Of a stretch of DNA of 35,658 bases, positions 15,595 to 23,871 are shown piece after piece. A program made the translations under genes and the position numbers. The stretch spans positions 1 through 35,658 of IMG/VR virus record IMGVR_UViG_3300020045_003679. One strand, written 5' to 3'. The notes under the pieces were generated by a model that searched no databases, had not been told where the DNA came from, and saw nothing but the letters and a program-made list of their open reading frames with translations. Source of the DNA: a virus. Its lineage: Duplodnaviria > Caudoviricetes. Each line of letters starts with the position of its first letter. Within the stretch, counting starts at the first letter, position 1.

Positions 15595-15623
15595 ATAGTA
15601 TCTTAGCTAGAAAGGGATGTCAA
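15595..15623 (-). promoter_or_regulatory. sigma70 promoter
   Basis: TTGACA-17-TACTAT. Confidence 0.8.
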
Positions 15624-15714
15624 GGATTATTTTGCAAGCAAAATTTGCAAGTAATTACGGACATAAAGAGGATATGGGGGATTACGGATTTGATCTGGAG
15701 GAAGGGCAGAAGAA

Positions 15715-15738
15715 AGACCCCGCCTAATGGCGGGGTCT
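15715..15738 (-). terminator. intrinsic terminator after nrdJ
   Basis: AGACCCCGCC-TAAT-GGCGGGGTCT, followed by TTCTTCT on the - strand. Confidence 0.8.
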
Positions 15739-15744
15739 GGTTGG

Positions 15745-17598
15745 TTACTTCACTTCACAACTTCCACCACTACAGGCCGCTTCGCCTGTCAGATTGGTGT
15801 TATCTTCTTCTTCAATAACTTTTGATAAATCTACTTCCTTGAGCAACTTCAGCATCCGCTCGTAGGTCTCTTCATCACAATCCTCGAAAGGAAGTTGTGG
15901 ATATGTTCCACCAAAGTACGGAAGAACGGAGATGCCTGAATAGCTATGACGATTGTCCCACAACCAGTTGCCCACAATACCCCACTCTTCATCTCGCACT
16001 GAAATTGTGCAAGATACGTTATGGGTATTCGCTCCTTCTACGTGCCCCGGTTTGATCCAAGTATCGTGAAAGTGCTTTACTCGGTTCAAGGTGTTGAGCG
16101 CGGGCTCCGTTCGGTAGATTGCACCTTCAGGGGCTTTTTGTGGGAAGCTCATAACTGCTTCCAAATGAGGCTTCATCTGGCAATCTTCAATCAGGTCTGG
16201 AAGATTCTCCTTCATGTAGTGATAGAGCGCCTCGTTCTTCCCAACACGCATACGGCGGATGTAGTAGTCATTGTGCCAAGCATGAACACCACTAGAAGAT
16301 CCTGCCACCAGTGATGCTGTACCCTCTGGCTTAATTGCACAGACCCGTTTTGAAGGGTTGATGCCAATCAGAGTTGCTACACGAGCGTTCTCTTTGACTG
16401 CTTCCAATGCCGCTTCTTCGGCGTTAAATTTCAATACCGCCCCACTACCTACTCCTGTCATGCTTACGCCAAGCAATGCGTCTTCTTCTGTGTTTTGTTT
16501 CCAAATGTCACGAAGATATGGGAAGTCAGTATATCCAGCTTGAAGTGTACCAATGAAAGCAGCAGCACGAGAGCGTTCATTGAACTCTTCTTGGCTCGCC
16601 AGATCAGATACATTTTGAGTCGTCAAGTTGCAGAACTGATTCGATTTTAACGAGATTTCACAACAGGGGTTTGTTCCCAAATCATAGTCGTTCGTCCAGA
16701 ACAAACCCGGCTCGCCCGCTCCCGACTCTTCTACACGTTTCCAGATGAACTTAAACTCTTCCTCGGTAACGTCCCCGTGCTTCAGAACAACACTGTTGTT
16801 AGCCCGCCCACGTTGAGGGTTAAGCTCCCACCAATTACCACTTTTACAGGTAAGCATGTCCATGTCGTCTTTGTCAAACAAGACTATACATGCCGATCTG
16901 CGAATGCCGCCCGCCAAAACGGCATCACTAATGAAACAAAGCATATCATGTACTTCAATTGGTTTAAGCTTTCGCCCAACAGCTCCGTTGAGAATAGAAC
17001 GAAGGTGCTCAATACAGATACGAAGAGGCTCTGGACCGGGAGCTTTGCCTCCGCTTGTGACCAATTTAGCTCCTTTATGGCGAATGGCCCGATAGTCAAA
17101 TACTGGATCTGACTTTCCTTGGAAGTATGCCTTTACAATGGCCTTAACCGCGTCTGCCCAGCCCTGAATATCATCAGTAATTAAGAACTTCTTGCTCCGC
17201 TCCGTAACCCCCTTTACCACTGGTAACTTCTCTGTGTGGCGCTTTTGCACAGAGTATCCCTGCCCAGAACCCGAAAGTAGGTTGAACATCACTTCGGGGA
17301 AGATAGCAGGATCATCTGCAGAACAGAAGGCACAGTTAAAAATGCGGTTATTGGAGAGTTCGATAGGCAACCCCCCAAACTGCAAACTCCGCATTGACGG
17401 AAGAACCTTCTTAGGATATACAAATTGTTTATATACTTGCCGAATCTCATCCTTAATCTGCGGATACTTGCGAATGTGCATCACCATGTTGCGTTCCACC
17501 AACTCATCCCAAGTTTCGCGGCGGGCGATCTCAGGGATGTACTTCGCGTACTTGTTAAACACTGTAATATCTGACAAAATCTGTTGTGACAATTCCAT
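15745..17598 (-). CDS. nrdJ: class II (adenosylcobalamin-dependent, RTPR-type) ribonucleotide reductase
   Basis: FNCAF, GGIRRSA, GTNPCCEISL, IKPEGTASL and C-terminal ACSGGSCEV; no beta subunit nearby. Confidence 0.92.
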   Translation of the reverse strand: MELSQQILSDITVFNKYAKYIPEIARRETWDELVERNMVMHIRKYPQIKDEIRQVYKQFVYPKKVLPSMRSLQFGGLPIELSNNRIFNCAFCSADDPAIFPEVMFNLLSGSGQGYSVQKRHTEKLPVVKGVTERSKKFLITDDIQGWADAVKAIVKAYFQGKSDPVFDYRAIRHKGAKLVTSGGKAPGPEPLRICIEHLRSILNGAVGRKLKPIEVHDMLCFISDAVLAGGIRRSACIVLFDKDDMDMLTCKSGNWWELNPQRGRANNSVVLKHGDVTEEEFKFIWKRVEESGAGEPGLFWTNDYDLGTNPCCEISLKSNQFCNLTTQNVSDLASQEEFNERSRAAAFIGTLQAGYTDFPYLRDIWKQNTEEDALLGVSMTGVGSGAVLKFNAEEAALEAVKENARVATLIGINPSKRVCAIKPEGTASLVAGSSSGVHAWHNDYYIRRMRVGKNEALYHYMKENLPDLIEDCQMKPHLEAVMSFPQKAPEGAIYRTEPALNTLNRVKHFHDTWIKPGHVEGANTHNVSCTISVRDEEWGIVGNWLWDNRHSYSGISVLPYFGGTYPQLPFEDCDEETYERMLKLLKEVDLSKVIEEEDNTNLTGEAACSGGSCEVK

Positions 17599-17613
17599 TA
17601 CTTCTCCTTTTTG

Positions 17614-18111
17614 TTATTTTCCATGAAATTCTGAATAAGAAAACCCCATGGCTTCTTGTTCCTTTATCTTCTGCCGTCGATACGCCACAGCCAATTCAAA
17701 TGCATTCTTGTTGCCGAGTTTCTTGCAATAGAAAGATTTCTCCTTTCTTCTGCCTTCCCCATCGCACCATGTCGCTCGCCAGCAATCCTGTCCTATGCGG
17801 TAGTGAACCCCGGTAGTCCCAGAGGTATTTCCCGGGTGCTTGCGATGGCCTCTTGCTTGCTGATCCATTGGAATCCACCTACAATTGTCTTTCGTGTAGT
17901 GTTTATTTGGGTCTACTCTGTCCAGAGTCAGATCTTCCGTGTACCCATCGCCCATGTCTTGCCAAAACAGCGCAAACGAGCCCCAGCGAGGGTCGTACAG
18001 AATACCTCTTCCACCATAGTGAGGGTAGTCTTTGCGATTAGGGTTCTCCACACGCTGCTTCATACTTCGCCAGATGTAGTATTGTCTGGTTTTGCTCATC
18101 CCATGCAACAT
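17614..18111 (-). CDS. HNH homing endonuclease with AP2-like domain
   Basis: YGGRGI, LTLDRVDPNKHYTKDNCRW, NTSGTTGV...WRATW. Confidence 0.88.
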   Translation of the reverse strand: MLHGMSKTRQYYIWRSMKQRVENPNRKDYPHYGGRGILYDPRWGSFALFWQDMGDGYTEDLTLDRVDPNKHYTKDNCRWIPMDQQARGHRKHPGNTSGTTGVHYRIGQDCWRATWCDGEGRRKEKSFYCKKLGNKNAFELAVAYRRQKIKEQEAMGFSYSEFHGK

Positions 18112-18120
18112 TCCGCCACC

Positions 18121-18291
18121 TCAAACTTTGTCATTGTTTTCCTTTTCTAGTTGTTTTAGGCCATCTTGAACGCCTTGTTGGTAAATCTGTTTAGCTGCCT
18201 TAGACAGAGCTGTGTCAAAGGAATAGTGAATGTTACTCCCTGTCATTAGCTCCTCGGCAAGAAGCTTTCGAATAATGTTTAAATCAAGCAT
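18121..18291 (-). CDS. hypothetical protein (56 aa, MLDLNIIRKL...)
   Basis: AAGGAG SD; read from the sequence. Confidence 0.55.
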   Translation of the reverse strand: MLDLNIIRKLLAEELMTGSNIHYSFDTALSKAAKQIYQQGVQDGLKQLEKENNDKV

Positions 18292-18304
18292 GTTACTCCT
18301 TCTG

Positions 18305-18496
18305 TTATCGTTTACTCAAAACACCCCTAATAAAATCAACCTTCCCAGCATCTCTTCCCCCACTCCTCTCCCTCGCTTCCCGCTCAGGAAGCCGCGTCCT
18401 CATAGCCCTCTCAATATGTGTCTCTGGATTATACAGGTTCACTGACCAGAGGTTTATCGGGAGCATGTGAAGAATGTGCAAATCAAACTCAATCAT
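18305..18496 (-). CDS. hypothetical protein
   Basis: AGGAGAGG SD after the promoter. Confidence 0.5.
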   Translation of the reverse strand: MIEFDLHILHMLPINLWSVNLYNPETHIERAMRTRLPEREARERSGGRDAGKVDFIRGVLSKR

Positions 18497-18527
18497 TTCC
18501 TCTCCTAATAATTTTAGGCCGGACACT

Positions 18528-18556
18528 ATTGTAGCACGGAAAGAGATGGAAGTCAA
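18528..18556 (-). promoter_or_regulatory. sigma70 promoter for the nrdJ operon
   Basis: TTGACT-17-TACAAT. Confidence 0.75.
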
Positions 18557-18679
18557 ATATACATGGAGGTTTATTTACACATCAAACCAATGTTTGACAA
18601 CTCCTGCGATAATCGTCAAACAAGTAACCATCTCCACAATACGCATTGCCCAGAGGATGTTGTTAGTTGGAGGCTTCAC

Positions 18680-18883
18680 TCAATGCCCCGGAAAAATTAA
18701 GTATGTTACATCCTCTACGTCGGCCCGCTTACTATGCACCCAACCATCTGCTCTGGCAATACTAAGTTGCTCAGTGTAAATGTCGTCCTCTTCCATCAAG
18801 CAGTGCTCGCTGTACAGCCGGTATGCCACGGGAAGATCTTGTGGGTACTTCTGTAAAATACTAATTAGTTTAGCTACGTTCAT
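18680..18883 (-). CDS. hypothetical protein
   Basis: Begins MNVAKLISILQKYPQDLPV; GGAGG SD. Confidence 0.65.
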   Translation of the reverse strand: MNVAKLISILQKYPQDLPVAYRLYSEHCLMEEDDIYTEQLSIARADGWVHSKRADVEDVTYLIFPGH

Positions 18884-19925
18884 AAATCCTCCGTTGTGCA
18901 ATCTCAAAGCTCTCCTGTTCCATTTCCATCCCAATGAACGCCATGCCCTCTAAACGGGCGGCTACGCCTGTTGTGCCGCTCCCCATGAATGGATCTAACA
19001 CAACGCCTCCAATGGGCGTCACGAGCCGGATAAGGTGCTGCATGAGGCTCACAGGCTTCACACTAATATGTGTGTTGTACTCTCCCTTTTCTTTCTTCGT
19101 AGGCTTCTTGTAAAATAAAAGTTGCTCTTGGATTTCGTAATCTTCATCTGTGAATTCGCATTTGGTGAAGAACCTTGCAGCAGAGCCTGTATCGCCCCTC
19201 GGAGTGGATGGACTTCTGCCAGAGAACTCTCCGAACGTCTTCAATGTTTTCTCCGAGGGTTCCATTCCAGTAATCTTCCCTTGCTGGCCCTTGCTCTGTG
19301 GGAACATTGCTTGAACACACTCACTACCGTCCGTGACCAAATTTCCGGGGTAACGGCCCTCTGGGATGTGTGCTTCTCCTACTATCTGCTTCCAGCCGCC
19401 TTCAAACAGGTTCAGAGAACTGTCCTTACGATCAAGAGGAATACGCTCTGTTACCCTGTGATTGTTCTCAAAATCCGCAAGGTCTTGAGGATCTGTGACG
19501 GGAACACGGCAAGATTCAATGTTGTAGCTACCAATGCCTTCAAGTTCCATCATGGCTTTGGCATTACCTTTGAAAGGCTTACGTGCTACACAGATTGGCT
19601 CATGACAGGGCTTTAATGTTCCAGATTTAGGCATGCCCTGCGCATACGCCCAAATAATCTGGTCGCGGATCTGAAAGCCCGCGTCCTCTATTGCACACGT
19701 AATACGGTGATATGTTCGTGAAGCACTAAAGGACAGAAGATGGCCTCCCGGCTTTAATACCCGGAGACACTCTTTCCACAATTCCACATCATAGGCAATG
19801 CCAGTGTTGTCCCAAGCACGTCCCATCATATTTAGTTCGTACGGACTGTCAGTAATTACAGAATGCACAGAATTATCTGGCAATTCCTTTAACAAATCTT
19901 TACAATTTCCTAGCAATAGCTTCAT
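18870..19925 (-). CDS. beta-class N4/N6 DNA methyltransferase
   Basis: N-terminal catalytic motif ITDSPY (a DPPY variant); C-terminal VLDPFMGSGTTG; HISVKP. Confidence 0.9.
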   Translation of the reverse strand: MKLLLGNCKDLLKELPDNSVHSVITDSPYELNMMGRAWDNTGIAYDVELWKECLRVLKPGGHLLSFSASRTYHRITCAIEDAGFQIRDQIIWAYAQGMPKSGTLKPCHEPICVARKPFKGNAKAMMELEGIGSYNIESCRVPVTDPQDLADFENNHRVTERIPLDRKDSSLNLFEGGWKQIVGEAHIPEGRYPGNLVTDGSECVQAMFPQSKGQQGKITGMEPSEKTLKTFGEFSGRSPSTPRGDTGSAARFFTKCEFTDEDYEIQEQLLFYKKPTKKEKGEYNTHISVKPVSLMQHLIRLVTPIGGVVLDPFMGSGTTGVAARLEGMAFIGMEMEQESFEIAQRRIYERS

Positions 19926-20062
19926 TCCTTCTCCTTCGCAATCATTAAAATAACTGTCAGGGCAATAATCACCAGCGGATAAACAGAAGGGCTTCGCAGG
20001 AAGCCTAGCACGCAACTACAGACCATAGCTCCGTAGCAGAAATAACTCAGTCTTGATAGCAT
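19922..20062 (-). CDS. small membrane protein (46 aa)
   Basis: Two hydrophobic stretches; coupled to the methyltransferase start. Confidence 0.4.
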   Translation of the reverse strand: MLSRLSYFCYGAMVCSCVLGFLRSPSVYPLVIIALTVILMIAKEKE

Positions 20063-20430
20063 TTCGTATCTCCCTTCTTCATCTTATATTCACGCAGAAG
20101 CTGCAAGAAGCCTGTGAAAGCCTCCGGGTAGCTACCTACTTGAAAGCAGGATCTTGCAACATCCAGAGGAACATCGTACATCTGAGCCTGTGCTGTGATG
20201 TATCCCTGCATTGTCGGATAGCCCAGATACTTTGCTTTAGCTATGAAGGCTTCCCGTTCAACATTTGAGGCAAGTGTCTTCACAGGCTCTAGGGGAGCAT
20301 TCTCTGTTCGGGAATCACGTACAGAACTTAGCAGCATCTCCGCAAAGTGATACCTCGTCATAGGCTCTCCCTCTGCAATAGCTGCAACCAAGGCTCGTTG
20401 CCACAGGATGTCGATTTCTTGTCTAGTCAT
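20047..20430 (-). CDS. hypothetical protein
   Basis: 127 aa, coupled. Confidence 0.65.
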   Translation of the reverse strand: MTRQEIDILWQRALVAAIAEGEPMTRYHFAEMLLSSVRDSRTENAPLEPVKTLASNVEREAFIAKAKYLGYPTMQGYITAQAQMYDVPLDVARSCFQVGSYPEAFTGFLQLLREYKMKKGDTKCYQD

Positions 20431-20716
20431 TGATTTTCGCCTTAGCTTCTAGCGCTTCAATCTCACTGTCCCAGTTCATCCAACTCTTACCATTAATCTG
20501 CTTCAGTTTGGCAAGAACACAGCTATCAACATTTTTTGTTCTGCGTGTCATTGCCATCACAGCTAATGATTCACAGTTTAGTGCAAGTTCCTTGATCTTG
20601 TCCATAGCTTCTGTCACCCCAGCAGAAGCAGCCTGTACAACATAGGAGGATACCTCTGGGTTCTCTGCAATGTATTCCTGCACATAGGACAGGAATTTGT
20701 AATGTTCTTGTTTCAT
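20423..20716 (-). CDS. hypothetical protein
   Basis: GAGGAG SD; first gene after the promoter. Confidence 0.7.
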   Translation of the reverse strand: MKQEHYKFLSYVQEYIAENPEVSSYVVQAASAGVTEAMDKIKELALNCESLAVMAMTRRTKNVDSCVLAKLKQINGKSWMNWDSEIEALEAKAKIND

Positions 20717-20748
20717 TTCGTCTCTCCTCTAACCAACTTGATATGTGC

Positions 20749-20777
20749 ATCATACCATGCAAGTTCTTTGCAGTCAA
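20749..20777 (-). promoter_or_regulatory. sigma70 promoter
   Basis: TTGACT-17-TATGAT with TG extension. Confidence 0.8.
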
Positions 20778-20896
20778 CAGTTAAATCATAACCCACCTTA
20801 ACAACCACGTAGTGCAGAAGCGGATTCTACGTTAAGATACTACCACGGCCAAGATATGTAACACGGCCATGTTAGAAAATAATTCTACCACAAAGC

Positions 20897-20925
20897 TTGA
20901 CTTCTGCGTATTTGTGTGAGACAAT
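20897..20925 (+). promoter_or_regulatory. sigma70 promoter
   Basis: TTGACT-17-GACAAT with TG extension. Confidence 0.6.
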
Positions 20926-20931
20926 GCCGTT

Positions 20932-21135
20932 ATGGGGTTGCTAGGGACAAGTTTAGGCACCTTAAAAGGATGTGAAGAATTCATCCCTTTAGGAAACGCA
21001 GAACATCATAGCACTATCCAAACCTTCTCTGACTGGACTCGCATTGTAGGAAACAAACTACTAAATTGCAAAGCCTTCAAATGTCTAAGGGGGTTTGGGG
21101 TTGCTATGACAAGTTTTGCTGTTTCCTTAAAGGAT
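20932..21135 (+). ncRNA. putative structured RNA or leader with A-B-A' architecture
   Basis: A (20933-20971) resembles A' (21096-21135), and both are complementary to B (20983-21028), using G-U pairs on the + strand. Confidence 0.45.
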
Positions 21136-21193
21136 TATATAAATCAAGGACTTACAGGATATTCCATAAGATTCTCATGCAAAGGATAAAATC

Positions 21194-21838
21194 ATGACAG
21201 ACTTAGAAGTGCATCTTGCGCATGTGAGCGGCCCTCGTAGGAAAAGAAAAGTTATACAAGGCGGGGTGTTTGGGATAGGAACAAATGACGTAGAGTGGAA
21301 AACACAGTGGTACAGTAACCAATTAATTGTTAGTGCAGACCCTGCATACATTGTGTGGAAGAGTATGTACTCAAGGTGTGACGTGGGTGGGAAGGTTCAG
21401 TCTAGGCGCTCAACATACGTTGGATGTAGTGTTTGCAACGAGTGGAGAACGTACTCTGCTTTTGCTGTCTGGTGGAAGGAGAATCAAGTAGAGGGGTGGA
21501 GTTTGGATAAAGATCTGCTTATATATGAGAACAAGCAGTACGGGCCATTAACCTGTGTTTTTGTGCCACAGTGGCTTAACACTTTCACCATTGACCGCGG
21601 AAAATCAAGGGGAGCGTATCCGATAGGTGTTAGTGAGAATAAGGGCAGATTCATAGCGCAAATAAACAACGGGAGCAATAAAATCGCAGAACGGCTAGGC
21701 TCTTTCTCAACACCACAAGCTGCACACGAGGCGTGGGAGAACCGGAAGCTGGAACTTGCACTTTCCAGAAAATCTGAGATGGATGTGATTGATCCTAGAA
21801 TTTATGAAGTAGTAGTGCAGAAGATAATTTCTTCCTGA
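21194..21838 (+). CDS. HNH homing endonuclease
   Basis: WKSMYSRC, YVGCSVCNEW, WSLDKDLL...YGPLTCVFVP..LN, and an AP2-like LGSFSTPQAAHEAW. Confidence 0.88.
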   Translation: MTDLEVHLAHVSGPRRKRKVIQGGVFGIGTNDVEWKTQWYSNQLIVSADPAYIVWKSMYSRCDVGGKVQSRRSTYVGCSVCNEWRTYSAFAVWWKENQVEGWSLDKDLLIYENKQYGPLTCVFVPQWLNTFTIDRGKSRGAYPIGVSENKGRFIAQINNGSNKIAERLGSFSTPQAAHEAWENRKLELALSRKSEMDVIDPRIYEVVVQKIISS

Positions 21839-21904
21839 TACACATAAGTCAACCCCTCCCCCGAGCGTATACTATTAAGTATGCCACACATCACAAGAAC
21901 ACAC

Positions 21905-21950
21905 AGCCCTGCCAGAAGCCTAACAAGCTTCTGGCAGGGCTTTCTTCTTT
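21905..21950 (+). terminator. intrinsic terminator
   Basis: 15-bp stem AGCCCTGCCAGAAGC / GCTTCTGGCAGGGCT followed by TTCTTCTTT. Confidence 0.8.
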
Positions 21951-21974
21951 GTGTAAAATAAATAGAGATAGTGC

Positions 21975-22003
21975 TTGACAATAGAAGAATCATCCCTTAG
22001 AAT
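21975..22003 (+). promoter_or_regulatory. sigma70 promoter
   Basis: TTGACA-17-TAGAAT. Confidence 0.85.
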
Positions 22004-22037
22004 TGCTACATGCTTAACAAACACGAGGAGAAGTAGT

Positions 22038-22241
22038 ATGAAAGTTACTAAACAAGTTGGAACAACAAGTTTCAAGCCTTACACAATCAGCATCGAAGTA
22101 ACTAGTGAGGAAGACGAGCGTATCTTGCAGGCCATCATAGCACTAGATGTCACTATCCCAGATGAGACGTACCCTGACGATGAGTATCTCCACGCTGCAG
22201 TGACAGCACTGCTTCAGGGCTTGCAGAAAGAGGTGGGCTAA
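22038..22241 (+). CDS. hypothetical protein
   Basis: GAGGAG SD; begins MKVTKQVG. Confidence 0.7.
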   Translation: MKVTKQVGTTSFKPYTISIEVTSEEDERILQAIIALDVTIPDETYPDDEYLHAAVTALLQGLQKEVG

Positions 22242-22242
22242 C

Positions 22243-22602
22243 ATGAAACCATTCAACCTAGAACAAGCCATTGCAGGGAAGCCTATTGTCTGCCGTGATG
22301 GGACGCCTGCTAAGTTTTTGTATTATGAGGAAGGAGTTGTAAGCTGCTTTCCATTGGGAGTGTTGATAGAGGGGGTTCATATCGCATACACAGCGGTGGG
22401 AACCTATTGGAATGTTACAGCAGGGCCTAAAGACCTCTTCATGGCCTCAGAGAAGAAGAGTGGTTGGATTAATATTTATAAGTCCAGTTGCCCAGAAACA
22501 TTGGCCTTTACAGGAGGGGTGTATCCATCTAAAGAGATTGCTCTTGCGCATGCTGACTGTGTTGGGCCTACTGCAACTATTGAAATTCACTGGGAGGAAT
22601 GA
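22243..22602 (+). CDS. hypothetical phage protein
   Basis: Begins MKPFNLEQAIAGKPIVCRDG, a common phage N-terminal pattern. Confidence 0.75.
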   Translation: MKPFNLEQAIAGKPIVCRDGTPAKFLYYEEGVVSCFPLGVLIEGVHIAYTAVGTYWNVTAGPKDLFMASEKKSGWINIYKSSCPETLAFTGGVYPSKEIALAHADCVGPTATIEIHWEE

Positions 22603-22603
22603 T

Positions 22604-22735
22604 ATGCTTTACCCGGAGAGGCTTTCAGAGGAAGATGCTTTGCAGCTTAGGCTACTCTACGGCGATCTGAGAGACCTTTGTGCAAAGCTGCCAATCACAA
22701 TTATCTTAGGAGGTAAAATCTATGAACAAAATTGA
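22604..22735 (+). CDS. hypothetical protein
   Basis: GGAGG SD; begins MLYPERL. Confidence 0.45.
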   Translation: MLYPERLSEEDALQLRLLYGDLRDLCAKLPITIILGGKIYEQN

Positions 22736-22874
22736 AATGCCTAACGTAAAGCAACTACCCGGAGAGACGGACTACTTGTACGAATGCCGAATCCAATGTC
22801 TCCGTTATCTGGGCGATAAATACATTCTTGCTACGAAGATGCAGAAGCCTGATGTTGTGGCTTGGCGGGGATAG
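22722..22874 (+). CDS. hypothetical protein (50 aa)
   Basis: AGGAGGT SD; begins MNKIEMPNVK. Confidence 0.55.
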   Translation: MNKIEMPNVKQLPGETDYLYECRIQCLRYLGDKYILATKMQKPDVVAWRG

Positions 22875-22877
22875 CCT

Positions 22878-23339
22878 ATGGTGTATAAAGGCATTCTAGC
22901 ATTGCTTATCCTTACGTTTAGCGCGTCTTTAGCACCCTCAAGCTATACCCCCAGCTTGAGGCCCGTATCGAGGCTTAAAACGCCTATAAAGCAGTCTCAC
23001 GTACAAGTAATCTCCAGCGTTATCTACCACGAGGCAAGAGGGGAGCCAGAGAAATGCCAAGAGGCTGTAGCACATGTAGCTCTTAACAGAGCTAAACAGT
23101 GGAAGCAAAGTGTTGTAGCTATTGTGAAAGCTCCTAACCAGTTTTCCTTTGTGCGTAATGGGCACATCCCTCCTGTGCCTAAAAGCTGGGATAAGCTGGC
23201 TGTAAAGGTGATGCGCAGTGGTGTAGATCCTACACAGGGGGCTTTGTGGTTTATGCGTAGGGATCTGAATAATTACTTGACACGAAGTAAGAGGTTGGTA
23301 TATACTTGTGGCTTGCATAATTTTTATGGAGAGACGTGA
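22878..23339 (+). CDS. SleB/Hydrolase_2-family cell wall hydrolase with signal sequence
   Basis: IYHEARGEP, VALNR, NQFSF, DPTQGALWF, HNFY. Confidence 0.88.
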   Translation: MVYKGILALLILTFSASLAPSSYTPSLRPVSRLKTPIKQSHVQVISSVIYHEARGEPEKCQEAVAHVALNRAKQWKQSVVAIVKAPNQFSFVRNGHIPPVPKSWDKLAVKVMRSGVDPTQGALWFMRRDLNNYLTRSKRLVYTCGLHNFYGET

Positions 23340-23542
23340 TGAAAATTCAATGGACTTACTTCTTAATTGTAACCCTGATGCTGGTTGTCTTAGCGCCAAT
23401 ATTGAATGTACTCGCTGTGGCATTCTTAGCCCTTCTTGGACTTCCTCACTGGGGAGTTAGCGAGGCACAAGTCGTAGGTTCAGTTATTTGGTTAATGTTT
23501 TCTATGGCGGTGGTTGGGGTTCTTGGCGGAGGACTACCATGA
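23339..23542 (+). CDS. membrane protein
   Basis: Two long hydrophobic segments. Confidence 0.55.
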   Translation: MKIQWTYFLIVTLMLVVLAPILNVLAVAFLALLGLPHWGVSEAQVVGSVIWLMFSMAVVGVLGGGLP

Positions 23543-23847
23543 TTATCGAACATAATCCCGGAGGCTGTGAATGTGTTTCGTGCGGAGCAATCTTCATTGG
23601 GCAGCCTGCAGACCACCTCTGTAATGCCTGTAAAGAGCCTGAACAAGAGTCCCTCGTTGTACGCCTTCGCAAGCGTGCTGCTATTCGTAGGCAAATTCCT
23701 TCGAGGAAATCTGTTATGGAGAACAAGCCTGACAGGATTGCTGATGTGTTGGAGGAGGCTGCTGATGAGATTGAGTTCAAGAGCTGGGTTATCGAGGACA
23801 TACTGAATGATCTTGAGTATTATAAGGATCAACTAAAGCGGTTGTGA
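23539..23847 (+). CDS. zinc-ribbon hypothetical protein
   Basis: CVSCG...LCNAC; RLRKRAAIRRQIPSRKSV...DRIADVLEEAADEI. Confidence 0.75.
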   Translation: MIIEHNPGGCECVSCGAIFIGQPADHLCNACKEPEQESLVVRLRKRAAIRRQIPSRKSVMENKPDRIADVLEEAADEIEFKSWVIEDILNDLEYYKDQLKRL

Positions 23848-23871
23848 TGTATCTATAAGCGGGAGGGATAA

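Noticed and set aside
20932-21189. 85-aa ORF
   Set aside because: No SD, it starts at the predicted TSS, and the region is better explained by repeats and RNA structure. A leaderless peptide is not fully excluded.
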